Origin: Zygnema circumcarinatum SAG 698-1b
Taxonomy: Eukaryota; Plantae; Zygnematophyceae
Length of the DNA: 64,000 bases
Assembly (NCBI GenBank): GCA_037447605.1
Contig: CM074809.1
Coordinates: 2,408,689 to 2,472,688, forward strand
Direction: 5' to 3'
The position numbers were made by a program, and so were the translations under genes. This document shows positions 9,943-24,267 of this stretch, in pieces (the first letter of the stretch is position 1; every line of letters starts with the position of its first letter). The notes beneath the pieces are model-generated. The model saw only the letters and a program-made list of their open reading frames with translations. It searched no databases and was not told the DNA's origin.

Positions 9943-11975
9943 TTACCGGTTTTGGCGGTGCCAGGCGTGCACAGTGCTGAACCACCCCCCCAACACCACA
10001 AAGGCCACAATGCGGAGGAGGCCCATCAGCAGCACTTCAGCGGCAGCCATGGCTGGCGACGACTGGGGACTCATGCCAGCTGTCACGATTGCCAGCGCCC
10101 ACCCTTCTATGTTGCATGTCACAAAGAAACGGCCGCCTTTGATTCCCGCCATGGCAGCGGCTGCAACTTCGGGGGCCGTCATCAAAGAGGTCGACCCGGA
10201 CAAGAGCTTAGTGATCTCAGGCTTTGTCTTGTTCTCTGCGCCGGAAACGCAGAGAAAGAAGCGTCATCAAGCGTACAGAACAAAGTGGGCAGGACGAAAC
10301 AACAAAGCGGGAAGCTGAGTGAAAATTGATGGGACAGAACCTTCGTGAAAGCCCGGCGTCTCAGTGTCAGGGGGGAACACAAGCGACATGTGGATGTTGT
10401 ATGGAGCCAGCTCTTGTTCAAGCACTTCTGCAAGGCCTCGTAAAGCGAATTTGGAAGCACTATAGTTGGAATAACCATAAACTCCAACCTGCGGCAGGAC
10501 AGAAGCCTAAGCAAACGTCTATCAGCAACTCACTCTCACAGAGTAAGGCCTCCACAGGGAAAGGAACAGACTCAAATACGAGACATATCGTCTATGCAAA
10601 CATCATCAATAACCTGTCTGAATGGCAAACCGACACAAGAGCTGTCTACAGGGCACAGACCTTGATGACCATTCCAGAATAGTTTCTTGGGGCAGCTGGC
10701 AACTCCAAAATGCTTACTAGAGCATACTACAAGAAAACAGTTGTTTCGGTTACGATCACCAACCCTTTTGCAAGCTCCTGTTTCAATGTTCTGCCATGGC
10801 GATTAGCATTCCCTTCAAAGGAAACGTTCTCACCTGGCCTGCCTGCGAAGATATAAGCGCAATCCGACCTGGGCCCATTGCCGACTTCATGCTGGGAAGA
10901 GCCGCTCTGATGGCATTCACACTACCCCAATAGTTCGTTTGCATTACCTGAACCTTCCACGAAAATTTAACTCAGTCCCGATCTCCAAAAACCACCCTGC
11001 CCTGGAATATGTCCAATGCGAGCTCCTGCCCCAAAACAATGCAAGTCCAGAGGCGCTGCACTCGCCTGTTCCAGCACGTGCTGTGGGGTCTCATCGAACC
11101 GCATCGGCACGGACACTCCCTGGCTGCAAATGAGCACCTCAACTGGACCCAACCGGCTTGTGGCCAAGTCCATGGCTTCTTTTGTGGCTGCCGGATCGCT
11201 GACATCTGCTGCATGGATGAACACTTCCGTGGCAGATGATCCAGCACGTTCCAACTGAGGAAATCGAAATCAACCTCTTTGGTTCCAGTCAATTCCGAGT
11301 TTCAGGCAACATCCAGACACTTCCTCTATCCCTGGCACGTTTCAAAACAACACTTTCCTTCTGAGATGAACAACTGTATTTAACTGATGAAGGTGCAGCA
11401 ATTAACTAAATGCGTACTAAGTGCGATTTTCCTTTCAATCATAGTCGAAGGAACGACTAATGATTAATTGTGGAACAGAGTGAAAACATATTCACAAAGT
11501 CCACTTTATTGCTCGGGTTGACCATCTTTGAAGCTCGCCAAGGACGTCTTCCATCCAAACCTTATCCGGTCAACTGACGATCGCAAAAATAGCAGTTTTC
11601 CATGAATGCCATTGCCAAGAATAAGAATTTTTATACGCTCACCATTGCTTTTGCGGCACTTAGTCGACTCATACTGCGCGAAATAATGCTCACTTTCGCC
11701 TTCTCTGCCACCGCAAGCTCGGCAAGCGAAAGGCCGATGCCACTGGATCCTCCGACGATTACCACATGTCGGCCCTGTAGCCACGGCTGCCAGAGATCAG
11801 GATGCACGTTCTAACCCTGACTGTAAATGGGCCAGATTGAAAAGTTTCGGTCGAGAAATAAACCGACCTTAAGGGAGATGGGCCGGGGCATGACAAACCA
11901 CGTTACAATCTGCAGAGCTACAAAACCTGCAAGTCCTACTCCCACAAGCCAACCAATGAAAGAGAGAAAATTCAT
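9943..11975 (-). CDS. TSC10: 3-ketodihydrosphingosine (3-dehydrosphinganine) reductase, SDR family, multi-exon
   Basis: MNFLSFIGWLVGVGLAGFVALQIVTWFVMPRPISLK|GRHVVIVGGSSGIGLSLA (N-terminal TM, Rossmann fold). Also TNYWGSVNAIRAALPSM, YSNYSASKFALRGLAEVL (YxxxK), FPPDTETPGF and a C-terminal hydrophobic segment (GMSPQSS...GLLRIVAF). Confidence 0.88.
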
Positions 11976-13145
11976 GTCCGGCGTTCTGAGAGCTCTCGTC
12001 GCATCCCCTGGAAGGTAATGGAGGGCGAAAGAGGCAGAAAGGAGAGGCGAAAACGTTGTTATCGTGCGGATAGCTCTCTAGCTAGAGATAGCTCTCTCTA
12101 TAACCGTCGCCCTCTGCGAGACTCCTGACGATGGCTGTGCCAGCTCACTGCCCTCTGCCCTCTGCCCTCTGCCCACGTTTAAAAAAGTGCAGCCATTTGA
12201 GGTGGCCCTCCTTTGGCATGGCATGGACCAAAGTGGTGGGCAGGCCGGCCCTTTGGCCGGCGGTTGCGTTACAGTACTTTGGATCCTGTTGGAAGGTGAA
12301 CATTCATCGGCCGCGCGGGACATCACGCCACTGGCAGTACGCCGTGCCCTGGACACTGTATTGATTTTTTGGAAATATTGTGGCAGTGGGATATCATCTT
12401 CCTTTCTCTTTTTCACTGGGATGGGAGGGAATGCTGGGAATGTTTGTGCCTGTCAGGACCTCTTACCGTGGAGGCGAGCACTGTAGTTGATGTTGGACGT
12501 TGACCTACGTTGACCGTAGGGGGATGTCTTCGTGGGGCAGGCTGGCAGGTCATCGTGATGTGACACATAAAGAAGGGACAGCGGCATAAACGTTTACATG
12601 GGATGGAGCACAAACCTGAACTTGCTCAGTTTCAAAGGACACCTAAACACCAACACACCAGAACTTCCATCGACAAAGAAAGAAGCCATAGGACAGAGCG
12701 GTAGCATGTCTATTTATGCAATCGATTGAATGACAGCGTTTATTAGGATGGAATCTACAGCAAGCAATGAATTTGTTAAAAACCAACTTAGAGATCTGAA
12801 AATGCTAAGTAAACAAGTTTGTCCAATTGACCAAGGTTCAAATTTATTCAGTTAGCGATAGACTAACAAATTGTTGAATGAAATTCCTCCACACTACTGC
12901 AATCGGGCCCACCTCCGCCTGCCATGGAGTCTCCAAAAAAGTAAGGAAGGGTGCGTGCCTAAGGTTATAATGAACAATTCAGTGAGACCCTGGAATAGCA
13001 TCTTCTCTTTGCCCGAAGGGACACGAACAAATCTACAATGGGGGCAAAAGCAAAATTAAAAAAATTATAAACTGGTTGACAGGCTCTAGGAACGACCCCA
13101 ACTAAACATAACCAGTCCATGTAGCTCCGCTGAGTCACCACCGCA

Positions 13146-16100
13146 CTACTTCCAGGAGCCTGCAACGATACCGTCAGCCACTTCACCACCATTCACACTC
13201 GGTGAGACAGATTCTGTCATTGCACGGAATTTCTTGGCACGACCAACATCCCCAGCTGAACTGTATCTCCACTCAAAGGTATGGTCCCCAGGTGTCAACG
13301 GGCGCAGGATCTGACACATCATGCATTCACGAGGCAAATGTTAACTATTGCCGCGCAATCTGGTGAAATATTCTAAAAGCCTAAAAGCTTGCAAACATCC
13401 AAACCACCCCCTGAAGCCCGAAACCTGCCTCCTTTCTAAAGATGTAACACAACACTCCAGGATGACTCTTGACCACTTGCAGCTTAGGACAGAATAGCAC
13501 CCACGGACTAGTGCTTTCAATAAGTCTACAGCTGGCAATTCGGCAGACACACAAAGACCATCCCACTTTGCACTTGTTAAGCCGAAACTCAAGCAAGGAA
13601 AGCTGCCAACAATCCCGAAAAACAACCGCACTCAGTAAGTGCCCCCCCCTACTAGAATGGAAAGGAGTCGATGCACACCTAACAAATTGAAGTCATCTGC
13701 GGCGTTGAGATCCATCGCCAAAATTGATAGCCTTTTTGGAAATTCTGCACCAGCACGACGTGCCTTGGACTCGTCCACTGAAGCAGCAGAGTTGACAACA
13801 TCTTTCACATGAGCGCTTTGGTCAGACTTTTTTGCACCTTGTTTGGCTTCCCTGCGAATAGACTCTCTTAAAGCCTTCGCAGATACAGAAAAGTCATCAG
13901 GATCTGCAACAAAGGCCACGAGCACCGGAAAGAGATTTGTAATGGGAAATCAATTTCATACTGAACAATTATGTTGCATGGCTCGTCCAATCCTTCGTAC
14001 GCATGGAAGACAAGCCAAAACCTCACAATAGCCTTGTTTTCGAGGAGCAACCCAAGATATTCATGATGGAACCGGACGACCGAATGTTTGCAACCTGAAC
14101 CACCTTTTTCACTCAAATCTGTACTAATGTGTCGGAAGAAGCAAAGTAAGGACCATGACATCTTTCAAGGATCTATTTTTAGGATGTCACTTTCGTCCGT
14201 AACTTTACAAAGGTCCTCACCGAATAAATGGTGCTATTATCCGTGCATTGAAAAGGCTTTCGGCATGTTTAGCCGTAGGGACCCAACCTTGCATGCATGA
14301 TGCTTTCGAAATGATGCAGAGGTTGACAAAACAGAAGTAATTTCCCTTTTTAGCCTTTATTCCAACAGTTAAATCCTTCAGTTTTCCATCTCGTGCCGTG
14401 CTTAACTTTACTGTACAGCCAACACATACCTTCTTCAAATGTGATTAGCGGCCAGTATGATTCCTCGTCCTCCGCAGTGTGCGTCACAGAGCCTTGCGGA
14501 TGAGCACCATAAACAACATATGGCTTTCCTCCGACAATACGACTCTTATATGTTGTACCACTCAAATACCCAAACACGGCATCGGAGTTGAGCGGTGTCT
14601 TAGCTGGTGTTGAAAGGACCGGAGAATTCTCTACCTCCTGGGGCCCATGACTTGAAGCATTGACTTCTGCTTCTTGACCAAGTTTCGAAGTCGCGTCCTC
14701 TTTGCGCATCTGTACCATGTTGAACAACTCGCAGTTAAAAACAGAAAAAGTCGATGATACTTAAGTCCACGCTTCACGAGTTCCCTGGGCTGAAACAAGT
14801 TATTGCCCTCAATTTTCAAAGCCTGTCTTTCAATCAGAGAAAGACTGCAAGGACAATGGGCAAGGAATCAAGAAACAAGAAAGAAGAATGAAAAGGTATT
14901 CAATGGGCAACAAGGCCATTCTCTGTGTGATCTGATCCGGTCAATTGGGCCCTGCTCACTGACTGCACAATGAGAACATGAACTTCAATCCCCTCACAAC
15001 GGCCAAACGCGTTTTTCAGTTCGCCCAGGTATTGTAAACAACATTCAGATGCTCACGGGAAGCAGTTGGTCGGATAAGCACATACCATATCATCTGTCTG
15101 CAGAGTCAATGACTTGATACGTCCGTCCACTTGCAGCAGTTCAACTCCTAATTGCCTTCGAAGCTCCTGCACGCCACAAACGAAGCAACGTAAGTCCACA
15201 GAAAGGAGCTAACATTCAAGTCAGCGACAAAGAATACTAGTTCTTCAAAACACAGGAGAAGCCAAAAATAATGACCAGATTGACGTTTAAAAACACATGC
15301 CTTTTTCGAGAATGTGGTCCAGGACACAAAAAAGTCACTCCTGCATGATTGTGCACGATAGAGAAAGTTGCATATAGTGACATTCTCGCCCGACTTTCAT
15401 ATTGAAAGCCTCATTGAGGGAAAGGAAAGCAAAGAATTCAGGAGAAGCAATAGCTGCCTGATGTCGACAACAATCTGCCTCTCAAGGGGACCTATTCACT
15501 CCATCATCAGCCCCACCAGCAATCCAAAAATGCACCTTCTGTAGTTTTATGCTCATTGTTAAAGACAACAGTCAGCCGACCCACATTTTTACAAAAATGG
15601 CTACAAAGAAAACATTCACCCAACCATCTGGCAATTGGGTGCAATCAACCTCTTCAACTAAACGACGAATTCTCACGTCGAGCCAAACACATGCAGCCTG
15701 TAAAGAATCCCACAACTTTTGGTAAATCACAGCATTCACCTGTGTCTCTGTGAGGTGCTGCTGATGCTGAAGGTATACAGTTTGCAGATTCTGTGCATGG
15801 CTGTGTATCTTCTCACGACCACCACTCATTTTAAGGAGGTAATTTTCCAGATTGCCATGCACGTTTGCCTGTAGGAAACAAGTAGAAAAAAAACCTTTAG
15901 CTTGTCCCTTCATTACGGAAGTAGATTGAACAAGAAACTATCATCTCCAAATTCTTTCATTGGTCTTACTGTGGTTCACAAAACACAAGCTGAAAAAACA
16001 GCTCTCACTACTTCAGCCTTCAAGCATACTATGCATAGCCTTACCGGTTGGCTTGTGATGGGTCTGACCGCATGTTCTGATGCGTCAATGAGACCTTTCA

Positions 16101-19100
16101 ATGTATCCACGAGGTCGACCTCAGAAGCATTCCACTCATCTTTAGGATTGACCGGCCTCGACGGGCTATCAAGTGACGACCGCAAGTTGTGGACCATGCG
16201 CCCCCAACTTAACACTCCGTCTCCTTCAGTTTGCTTCTCGCTTGTGTGTGCCTTTGCTGGACTAGAAAAAGCAACTCTATGGAAAATGCCCCTCCCAACA
16301 CTGCCATCGCTTGAACTCAACTTCTTCACAGCTTTTTCCAGCGCAGGTTTCGCGGTCGCTTCACCAACAGAATCCGAAGCATCAGGCTTTCTAAACACGC
16401 GCACACCGTCACCGCGTATCGCAAATCTGCACGCTTCCATGAAACCCGCTTGAATAAAGTAGGAACACCAAATCACAGTATACGGTAGTACTGTTATCAT
16501 TGAGAAATTGAATGATTAACTACTTTGGGTTGTTCAATACCGGAAACTAGTCACAGCCAGAATCTCATCTTCAAATTGAACTCAATTAAGTGCTGAGCCT
16601 ATTAGTTCCCATTTTCTCGTTCAATTTCCACAGTAATCACGCTTTAAAAAACAAGCACTGAAGCTCCTTACGAAGGCATTAGCCCGCCACAAACCCAAGT
16701 CAGGAGAAATCCCTAACCACAGAATTGACAGCGCTAGGAAAGCACCAACACTGATGAGGTCCTACAGAGATATCTCATATCTTTACCATCAGTTGGACAC
16801 ATCCAAGCAGTACTTTCCAAATGACACAATCCACATTCCAAACCGATACTTAATACTAAGAACAGCACCTTCAACTGCTCCAGAAACGGAAGGGCTCAGG
16901 GCTCATGTCGAGCATTCGATTGTTTCGTTTACCTGTGATTGTTTTCCCGAATGACGTCAGAAGCAGCGCCTGATGATAGGGCTATGCACAAATCTGCATG
17001 TTGAACAGAAACAAGCAATACCTCCTCTTCTCATTGCTTATCACTTGCATCAGGCATATTCTTAAGATATCATAGAGCTTTTTACTTCTAGAAAGCAGTA
17101 ACCAAAGGGGTTGCCACTGGGTTGTGAACCTGTAAATTGCTTGTTCATCTCCAGGTGCTGTAGCATCTCTTGTAACGAACTGGATGACGGAGCTGCTCTT
17201 GAGGACATGAGAATTTCAAGCCGCTTCAAAGAGTCCTGTAGAGGCATACCATACTTCCGTGTTAGAACATCCCTTGATCACTGTTACAACCAGAAGTTTA
17301 AAACAGAAACTACGGTCTCCACAATCAGCCTTTTCTGGTCAACAAAGTGAACTTTTCACCCCACGAGTACATTTCTCCCAAATGTCACAAAAAAACTCCA
17401 GCGGTTATAAATAAAACAATATTTATAACGAGACACGAACAAATGTCAAACAACTAACAAAATCATAGTGGGTGACGACTCACACATTAAATCACCTTGT
17501 ACCCACAGGTAAAAGGCAAAACCAGGCAAAATTTCGGAGGACACACCTCCTTTTCAGTCAGCCTATGGAATTGCTCGGTAATGTCTTTTGATAGATTCCG
17601 GGCTTGGGTCTGCTTCATAACGGCCTCAACATTTGCCTCCAAGTACCGTTGTGCAAAGAGTCCCTGGCCACTTGTCCCACCAAAAGGTTCCTGGCCTGAA
17701 AAATTGTCCAATTTCTGAAATGTGCAGAGAAATATTCACTAAATGTATGGAAATGGGCCAATGAAACAAACAGGCCAAGAGCCTAGAATTTTTTTCGAGC
17801 TTCCTTGACAAAAGCGATGAAGTATAAATTTTATATCTCAATCAACTTCCTTCAAGATCAGTTCCAATCTTAAATTTTATATCTCAATCAACTTCCTTCA
17901 AGATCAGTTCCAATCTGCCAAAAACCCCAAACCACAGACTGAGTAAGCGTCTGACAACGTACAAGCTTTTTCACCGCAAAGCTGCCATCTTGTTGAAAAT
18001 CCTTTACAGCTCCATCGATGTCTTCTGTGAAAATTGAGGCAGATGGCAGAGCATTAACTGCAAGTTGCAGTGCGTATCTAGCCAAGTGCTGCAGTAACTT
18101 CACAAACCTGGCCACAACCCATCAGGTTGAACCGTAAGCAGGATTATTAACAAAAGACGGGCTAACTTCGTGGTCATGTTTGCCCCCATCTCTTCAAAGA
18201 GGCGGCTAACGATAAAAAAAAAAAGAGACACCCAATGCAGAAGCAGCCGTCAAGCGAGAAAATACGTCTTTTGTTTCTATTCTTCTGGCATACAGCCTCA
18301 GTTGCTACTAGTAAAGGCCCTCAGCAACTACCAGTCAGATTTTCACAAGAACTAGCACAGCAGGGAGTACGATATTATCGTTACACCCTGGAAAAAATGG
18401 TTTTCTCAGATAAGCAAATCGAAAGTTCAGGAGAGTGCGAATTCCAGAAACTAATCAATAGACTTTTCGGTGTGCAGAGTGTACCAATCTCGAAAGAAAA
18501 GCCGCTACAATAATGATGATTCGTTCATAGCTACCTTTCTCCTTGACAATTGGCAAGTGTAGATCGTGAAGAATTGCTCTTTGGTATAGCGTTAATATTC
18601 TCAAGCTCATAAACAAATCCATGAACAATCTGCGAGGAGCACAAGCAGCAAACCACTTCCGTACGTCAACAACTCGGGCCAAAAATCAACAACTGGTCAC
18701 TCCTAAAAAGCTTGACGATGCCAAACATATCACGCTCATGGAAGATAAAATAGTTCAATATATCAGGACTTGCTGGGAGAACCAAAAACGAATCCAATCA
18801 TGGAAGAGAGTGAAAACTGCACATACATGGAAATCAAGAAAAAAAAAGTGACGGTTGAGAGTGCTCAACCATAAGTAGGAAACGAGAGGTCTCGAGAAGA
18901 TTACGAGGAAAGACCATACATTTGCCTTATTCAACTTCTTATGTCTCTTATTTATCGCAACATCAACACAAGAACTCCTCAAATAGCATACCTTCCTGAA
19001 AGCAGATGCCTCAGCTTTTCGATGGTGCGGCCATACTCCTCGAAAGTCCTGCATTACAAAAGCAGAATTTTAGCTGGCGAAAAAATTGGAAAGGATGTTT

Positions 19101-19521
19101 CATATCGAACAAAGCCCGGTGGTCAAAAAACCATGCGAAAATTGTCACATTGCATCATCACTCCGTTTGCATAAGAACAAATTATTGAAAGCCCGCTGAC
19201 AAGAGGCAATTGAAGTATGTTACATGTTTGAGGCTGTCTTCCAGAACAGCACTAAATAGCTCAGCATACATAAGCCAAAATGCAAGGCTTCGCGACTCTG
19301 CTTGCACGACAAGGTCCATAGTTCACCTCTTCGTATGATTTTGGCCTCAGGCGTGAAAAGAGGAAATGAAAAATTTTATCCCCTGCACTGGGGTTGCTGT
19401 TTGTAAACAGCCCCGCCGTCAAACGCAAGCCGCTTCTTCTCTCGTCGAAACCAAGCAAGCGAAGGCTGTTAAACAAGGCGACTTCGCGGTTCAGAAACAT
19501 GGAGGGATACCGTGTCTCCAT
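13146..19521 (-). CDS. AUG6: Augmin subunit 6 (HAUS6), multi-exon; 3' end approximate
   Basis: METRY...ALFNSLRLLGFD...GLFTNSNPSAGDKIFHFLFSRLR|DFRGVWP...SAFRK|IVHGFVYELENINAIPKSNSSRSTLANCQGER|FVKLLQHLARYAL matches the plant HAUS6 N-terminal domain. A long low-complexity C-terminus follows; the last exon is uncertain (12.3-13.6 kb). Confidence 0.82.
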
Positions 19522-20070
19522 TTTCGGTCCACCTTTCAATACAGCGCATCTGCTCGGAACTGCTGCGCGTTTCAGTGTTGGCCTGCAAGAAGCTCAAGGG
19601 AAGAAGGCCCTTTCCAGCTAAAGATCCGAGACATCACGGAATGCGACCCCTTCTTCGTCGTCTTCTTCTTCCTGCTAATGCATAGCCCACCGGCAACGTT
19701 TTCCTAGCACACCTCACTCTTCCTTACCTCGAACAGCATTTTAACTTTCCTGGTTTTCCCTTCACTATATTTCTGAAACGTCACCCATCACATTCTTAAT
19801 CTTCCCAGCTGCCGTTTGCAGAGGTATCCCTTTGCCCCGCTACTGCTGCAAGTCCAGCTCAGCTCTCAGCCTGCCTGCCTGCTCTTGCAGCCATGAAGCA
19901 GACTCGCGCGTGGACGAGCAGGGCCGGCGGGGGGGCCTCGAATGGTAATAAAAACAGTGTCCTACAAAATGACAGGCCGGGCTCCAGAAAAATAAATTTC
20001 CATGCGTGCTTCAGTTCCGGCGACCCGTCACAGGACTGGAAACATACCTTCGCTGCAGAACGAGCAAAAC

Positions 20071-20080
20071 AGCCGTTAGA
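20071..20080 (-). promoter_or_regulatory. MSA (mitosis-specific activator, MYB3R) element
   Basis: TCTAACGGCT on the minus strand matches YCYAACGGYY, ~550 bp upstream of AUG6. Confidence 0.4.
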
Positions 20081-20191
20081 ATGTCAACTAATTTCGACTG
20101 AGCGACCTGCCATGGAACGGACTGCGACGCGCGGTCTGTATGGGTCGGCGTCTTGTTGGATTGCGAACTGGAGGGAGATTTGCCAATGCCG

Positions 20192-20249
20192 ATTCGTCCA
20201 CGTGTACACGATGTCTACTTTGCGCACTTCCATTCGTCCACGTGTACAC
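20192..20249. promoter_or_regulatory. Duplicated 18-bp G-box motif ATTCGTCCACGTGTACAC
   Basis: Identical copies at 20192-20209 and 20232-20249, in the AUG6/NIPSNAP divergent promoter. Confidence 0.55.
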
Positions 20250-20337
20250 TATACCTACATGGCGTTCCGCCATTCGTCGGCGCTCCAAGGAGTCCTGGCG
20301 AGGGAGGCAGGGCGGCGGGAAGGCAGTGAAGGCCGCC

Positions 20338-23300
20338 ATGGCGCGCGCTGCGCTCGCCAGGGCGCGGCGCCTCTGCCACGTGGCCTCGCCCTCCTTCCTT
20401 CACTCCCCTGCGAGCTTGCAGCCGAAGGACGAGCGGCCATGGCTGCCGCGAAGCCGCGAGTTCAGCACCGGCACGGACGCCATCTATGAGCTGCGCACTT
20501 ACACTGTCAAGCCGGAGGCGCTGTCGGACTACCTGCGGGAGACGGGCGTGTGTGCGGCTCTCAGGAAGGAGCTCAATCCCGGCTGGTTAGGGTTGGTTCC
20601 GGAACCTTTCTTCCACGTCAGGGCGTTGAGTCCATGCGCATAGGTGGAAAGATGGCGCACATTTTGTTTAAAAAAGGAAAAATGCCTCTAGCTATGTTGA
20701 AGGCAGCCTTCCTTCTTACGCCTCAGAAAAATGTAGCTTGACATAGCGCTCCCTCTAAAACATACGGCGGGGCCACACAGTCGACATCAAGTGAAAGTGT
20801 GCGTTTCAGCGTCTCGATTATCTGGAGGTTTACTTATCGATTATTGGTAGCTGTCTATATTGCTGGCGTTTAGGCCATCGTTTACATATTAAATAGAACG
20901 TTCGTCTCGAAAATTGAGCTCGGTACTCGAGTGCATATGGCAGCGTACACAATGTTTGCATTCCACACTTCCTTTTAAACGGTGTGCGTGAACAGCGTTC
21001 CTAAGGTAGAATTATTCAACCACTTACTTTGATCGTCTACCGGACTATGAAGGTTTCATGTGGCGATCAGTGGAAAGGTGAACTTGCAGGCTTTTGGATC
21101 AAAAATGGAATTGGCTGAACGAGGAATGGTAAAAAGTGATCTTCGTAGAATTCCTTCGTTGCTCTGTGAGCTGACCTAATGCAGCGTAGATGACTTCACC
21201 AAAGTTTTTCATGCGTGCTATCATTCGGTTGTTTGTTGGCATACACTCATCTGTGGGACAGATTCTGGACAACGGAGACAGGAGGTGTAATAAATGAAGT
21301 CAAGCATCTCTACTACTTTGGTGGTGAGTGGAATCACTTTTTTTGCTGTAAACATGGGAGAATGTGTAAACGGGTCATTGATAAATGTATCAGTTGCGCC
21401 GCTGCACTATGCCGCAGTGCAAACATAACTGTTTTGCATGTATATTAGCCTTCCCACATTGAATGGCAAGTGTAAAGTGAGCAGTCATGATCACGAAGCA
21501 GAAAGTGTCTGACGAATTTCACGACACTATGAAAGTTGTGAGTATATTGTGCTCATACATCAGATGCACACTCTGATAAAGATGAGTGCTGCATACCACG
21601 AGAATATTGTGCCAGAAATTGCGAGGGCTTTCTATTGAAATCAAGCCCCGGTACCATAATTTCAATAGCATAACTGTTCGACATGACGTCTCCCGGTATC
21701 GTATCGGGATTTTTTGCTATCTGAAATCGAAGTATTACAATGATTGTGTGACTCTATCAGGAAAGTCTCTATGTTTCATCGTTGTTGAAACAACGTCTTT
21801 GTACTCAATGTAGCACTCATACCATACCGCAGTGAACCTCTAAAGCATAGAATATATTTATACTATAGTGGGCCTTGTACTTTGAGCAAGACATGAGGGA
21901 ATTGTAGACTTGTGTTAGAAAGTGCGGATTATTTTTCTAGTGATTAAATTTGTTGCTCTCCTTCCAAACAAACTTTAGGAGATGTTAATAACTAAGTGGT
22001 TGAACAAAGATTCCTGCATTCTGCCTGACCTCTGTCATCCGCACGGCAGGACAGGCGGGTGGACTGAGCGCTCACGTGTGAGGAATGCGATGGCGAAGAA
22101 TGATCCCTGGACAAGGGAGTATTTGCCCCGGGTTCGGCCAATGGTAGACAAGCAGGTGAATTCTTTCTTGATGTCGAAACGATGCTCAGCTAACATACGC
22201 ACTCTTTGGAAAGAAGGAATGGTCATGACTTGTCGACGATTTTGGACCGTCCTAATTGCACGATTCCAAAATTTTGTGATTGGACGAGTCACATAAACTG
22301 AATACAGTTTCTTTCTCAAATTCTCTGTTGATGAGACTTGAGCTATAGTTTGTAATCGTTGTCCGCGCCCAAAGTAGTCACCAACTGAACTCGACCTTGC
22401 TGATCGAGAGAGATTCTCGAATAAGCACCAGGACGCTCATACAGGTGTGGACGTAAGACCAAACAGAATGGGTCTGATTTATGGTACATGCATGCATGCA
22501 TGCATGGGGTGGGCCCAGCGCAGGAGTCCATGACTTTCGTTGAAGCAAGTGACTGCGTGGACGCAGCTGGAGGTTTGCAGTCTCCGCGAATGGAACTCCG
22601 CCATTGTTCTGATTCACCAGTTTACGAGCTACGGACATATGAGCTGCAGGCAGGATATGATACCGTGCGGGATCTGAGGCGTCATTTTTGTGAGGGGTGA
22701 GCAGTTGTCTAAGCAAACGGCGTCTGGGGTTTGGGGTTTGTGGTCCGAGGTTCAAGGGAGCCACTCTCTATGTAACGTACGTTCAGATGGGTAAGGATAG
22801 CAATATTAAAATCAAAAGCATGAAATTCCTTTCTCCATATCGAGGGGTTTTATTTGTTCTTAACGGGGGAGGCATATTCAAAGCATTATTCATGGGCTCA
22901 AAGCTCATTCTTGAATTCAACAGGGCTTCAACGAAGAAGTAGCATTAAAATGATAGTAAACGTTGTTAAATGCGGGATAGTCATTTAAGGAAGGCATAGG
23001 GTGACGATATTTTCCCCTTTGAACAATACTGTGGAAGAAAAGTTTGTGATGGATAGAGTTTGAATCGTTTGTACCGAATGTGATACATCGCAGGAAGCCT
23101 TCTTTAAGTGGCATACATGTGTGCAGGAGAGGAGCTCACCACCCTCCTGTCATGGGCATGCAGGCTTCCTGATCGCGTGGCTGCGCGGGGTTGCGGAGAA
23201 TGCATGCTCATGGCTGCCAGCGATGTGGGGTATGTGCTGCAGTATCCTGCATTACCCTTCTTCCTCATACTTTTCCTGTTTCCCTTCACAAAATCCTCAA

Positions 23301-23920
23301 GCTTTTTAGGCATCAGGGCCGCGTTTGATTTTAGAAATTCTGTAGAGATGAGGTGGTAGAAGTGTGGCGTGATTCGAACATAGAGCCGAGTTTGTTTTGA
23401 CAAATGTGCGCGATAAAGGTTCAGACAACGTGGACATGCAATGTCGAGGATCTATTTCATCCGTACGGATGTGTTTTGATCTCCTCCAATCAGTGCGTGT
23501 TTCAGACGCCTCAACGTCTTCATTGAACTTTGGCGCCATGATGGAATAAAAGGCTGCTTGAAGGCGCGGGAGGTACATCGTGCCTTACTGGCTGCCCTCC
23601 GCTGTTTGCTAGTTGCTCCAGTCATTACCACTCATTGAAGCTCTCACTAAGCGGAATCTACGGGTCCTGAGTCATACGTCTTTGTTGAAGCGTGTTTGGT
23701 GCTGATCTTTATGGAAGAATGGTCCAAGCTGTGACAAAACATTTGCGTTTGAAAGGCAGGCTGTTCAGAGGAGCATTATTTCTGACCTGCAGATGTTGCA
23801 CCTTTCCAGGGAGCACGTCAAGTTACCAAGTGGCGGAACACGATTGCAGCTGTCGCTCCTTTGACGCAAACGTTCAGAACGGAGCTGTTGATGCCCACGG
23901 AGTTTTCCCCTTGGCAATGA
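20338..23920 (+). CDS. NIPSNAP: NIPSNAP family protein (two NIPSNAP domains, probable mitochondrial presequence)
   Basis: Arg/Ala-rich N-terminus, then IYELRTYTVKPE...GWLG|FWTTETGGVINEVKHLYYF, VYELRTYELQAGY, RLNVFIELWRH and a C-terminal ELLMPTEFSPWQ*. Confidence 0.82.
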
Positions 23921-24267
23921 AGGCGGAGAAAGCACACCCAAACACAGGACGAATAGAATGCTTTGCTTAGCAGAAAGTCGAGTAATTATTTCAGATACCT
24001 CTGTGCCGACTCTGCCCCTTGGCATTAGTGGTGCGCTTTCTGGACCTTTATCCTTATTGAACCATTGTAATACATTTTGATTGGAACGTGTCCTCTGCTC
24101 AAAAGAATACCTCCCTCCTATACGCACAACGAGAGACAGCTCCTCTAATCTCCCCACGAGACTCAAACTGCCCATCCGTCTCAATCATTACGATTCCCCA
24201 TCAGCCAACCTCGATCTTTCCTATCCAAAAGAGAAAACGAGGCAGAGAACGAGCGACCCGTTTTTAA

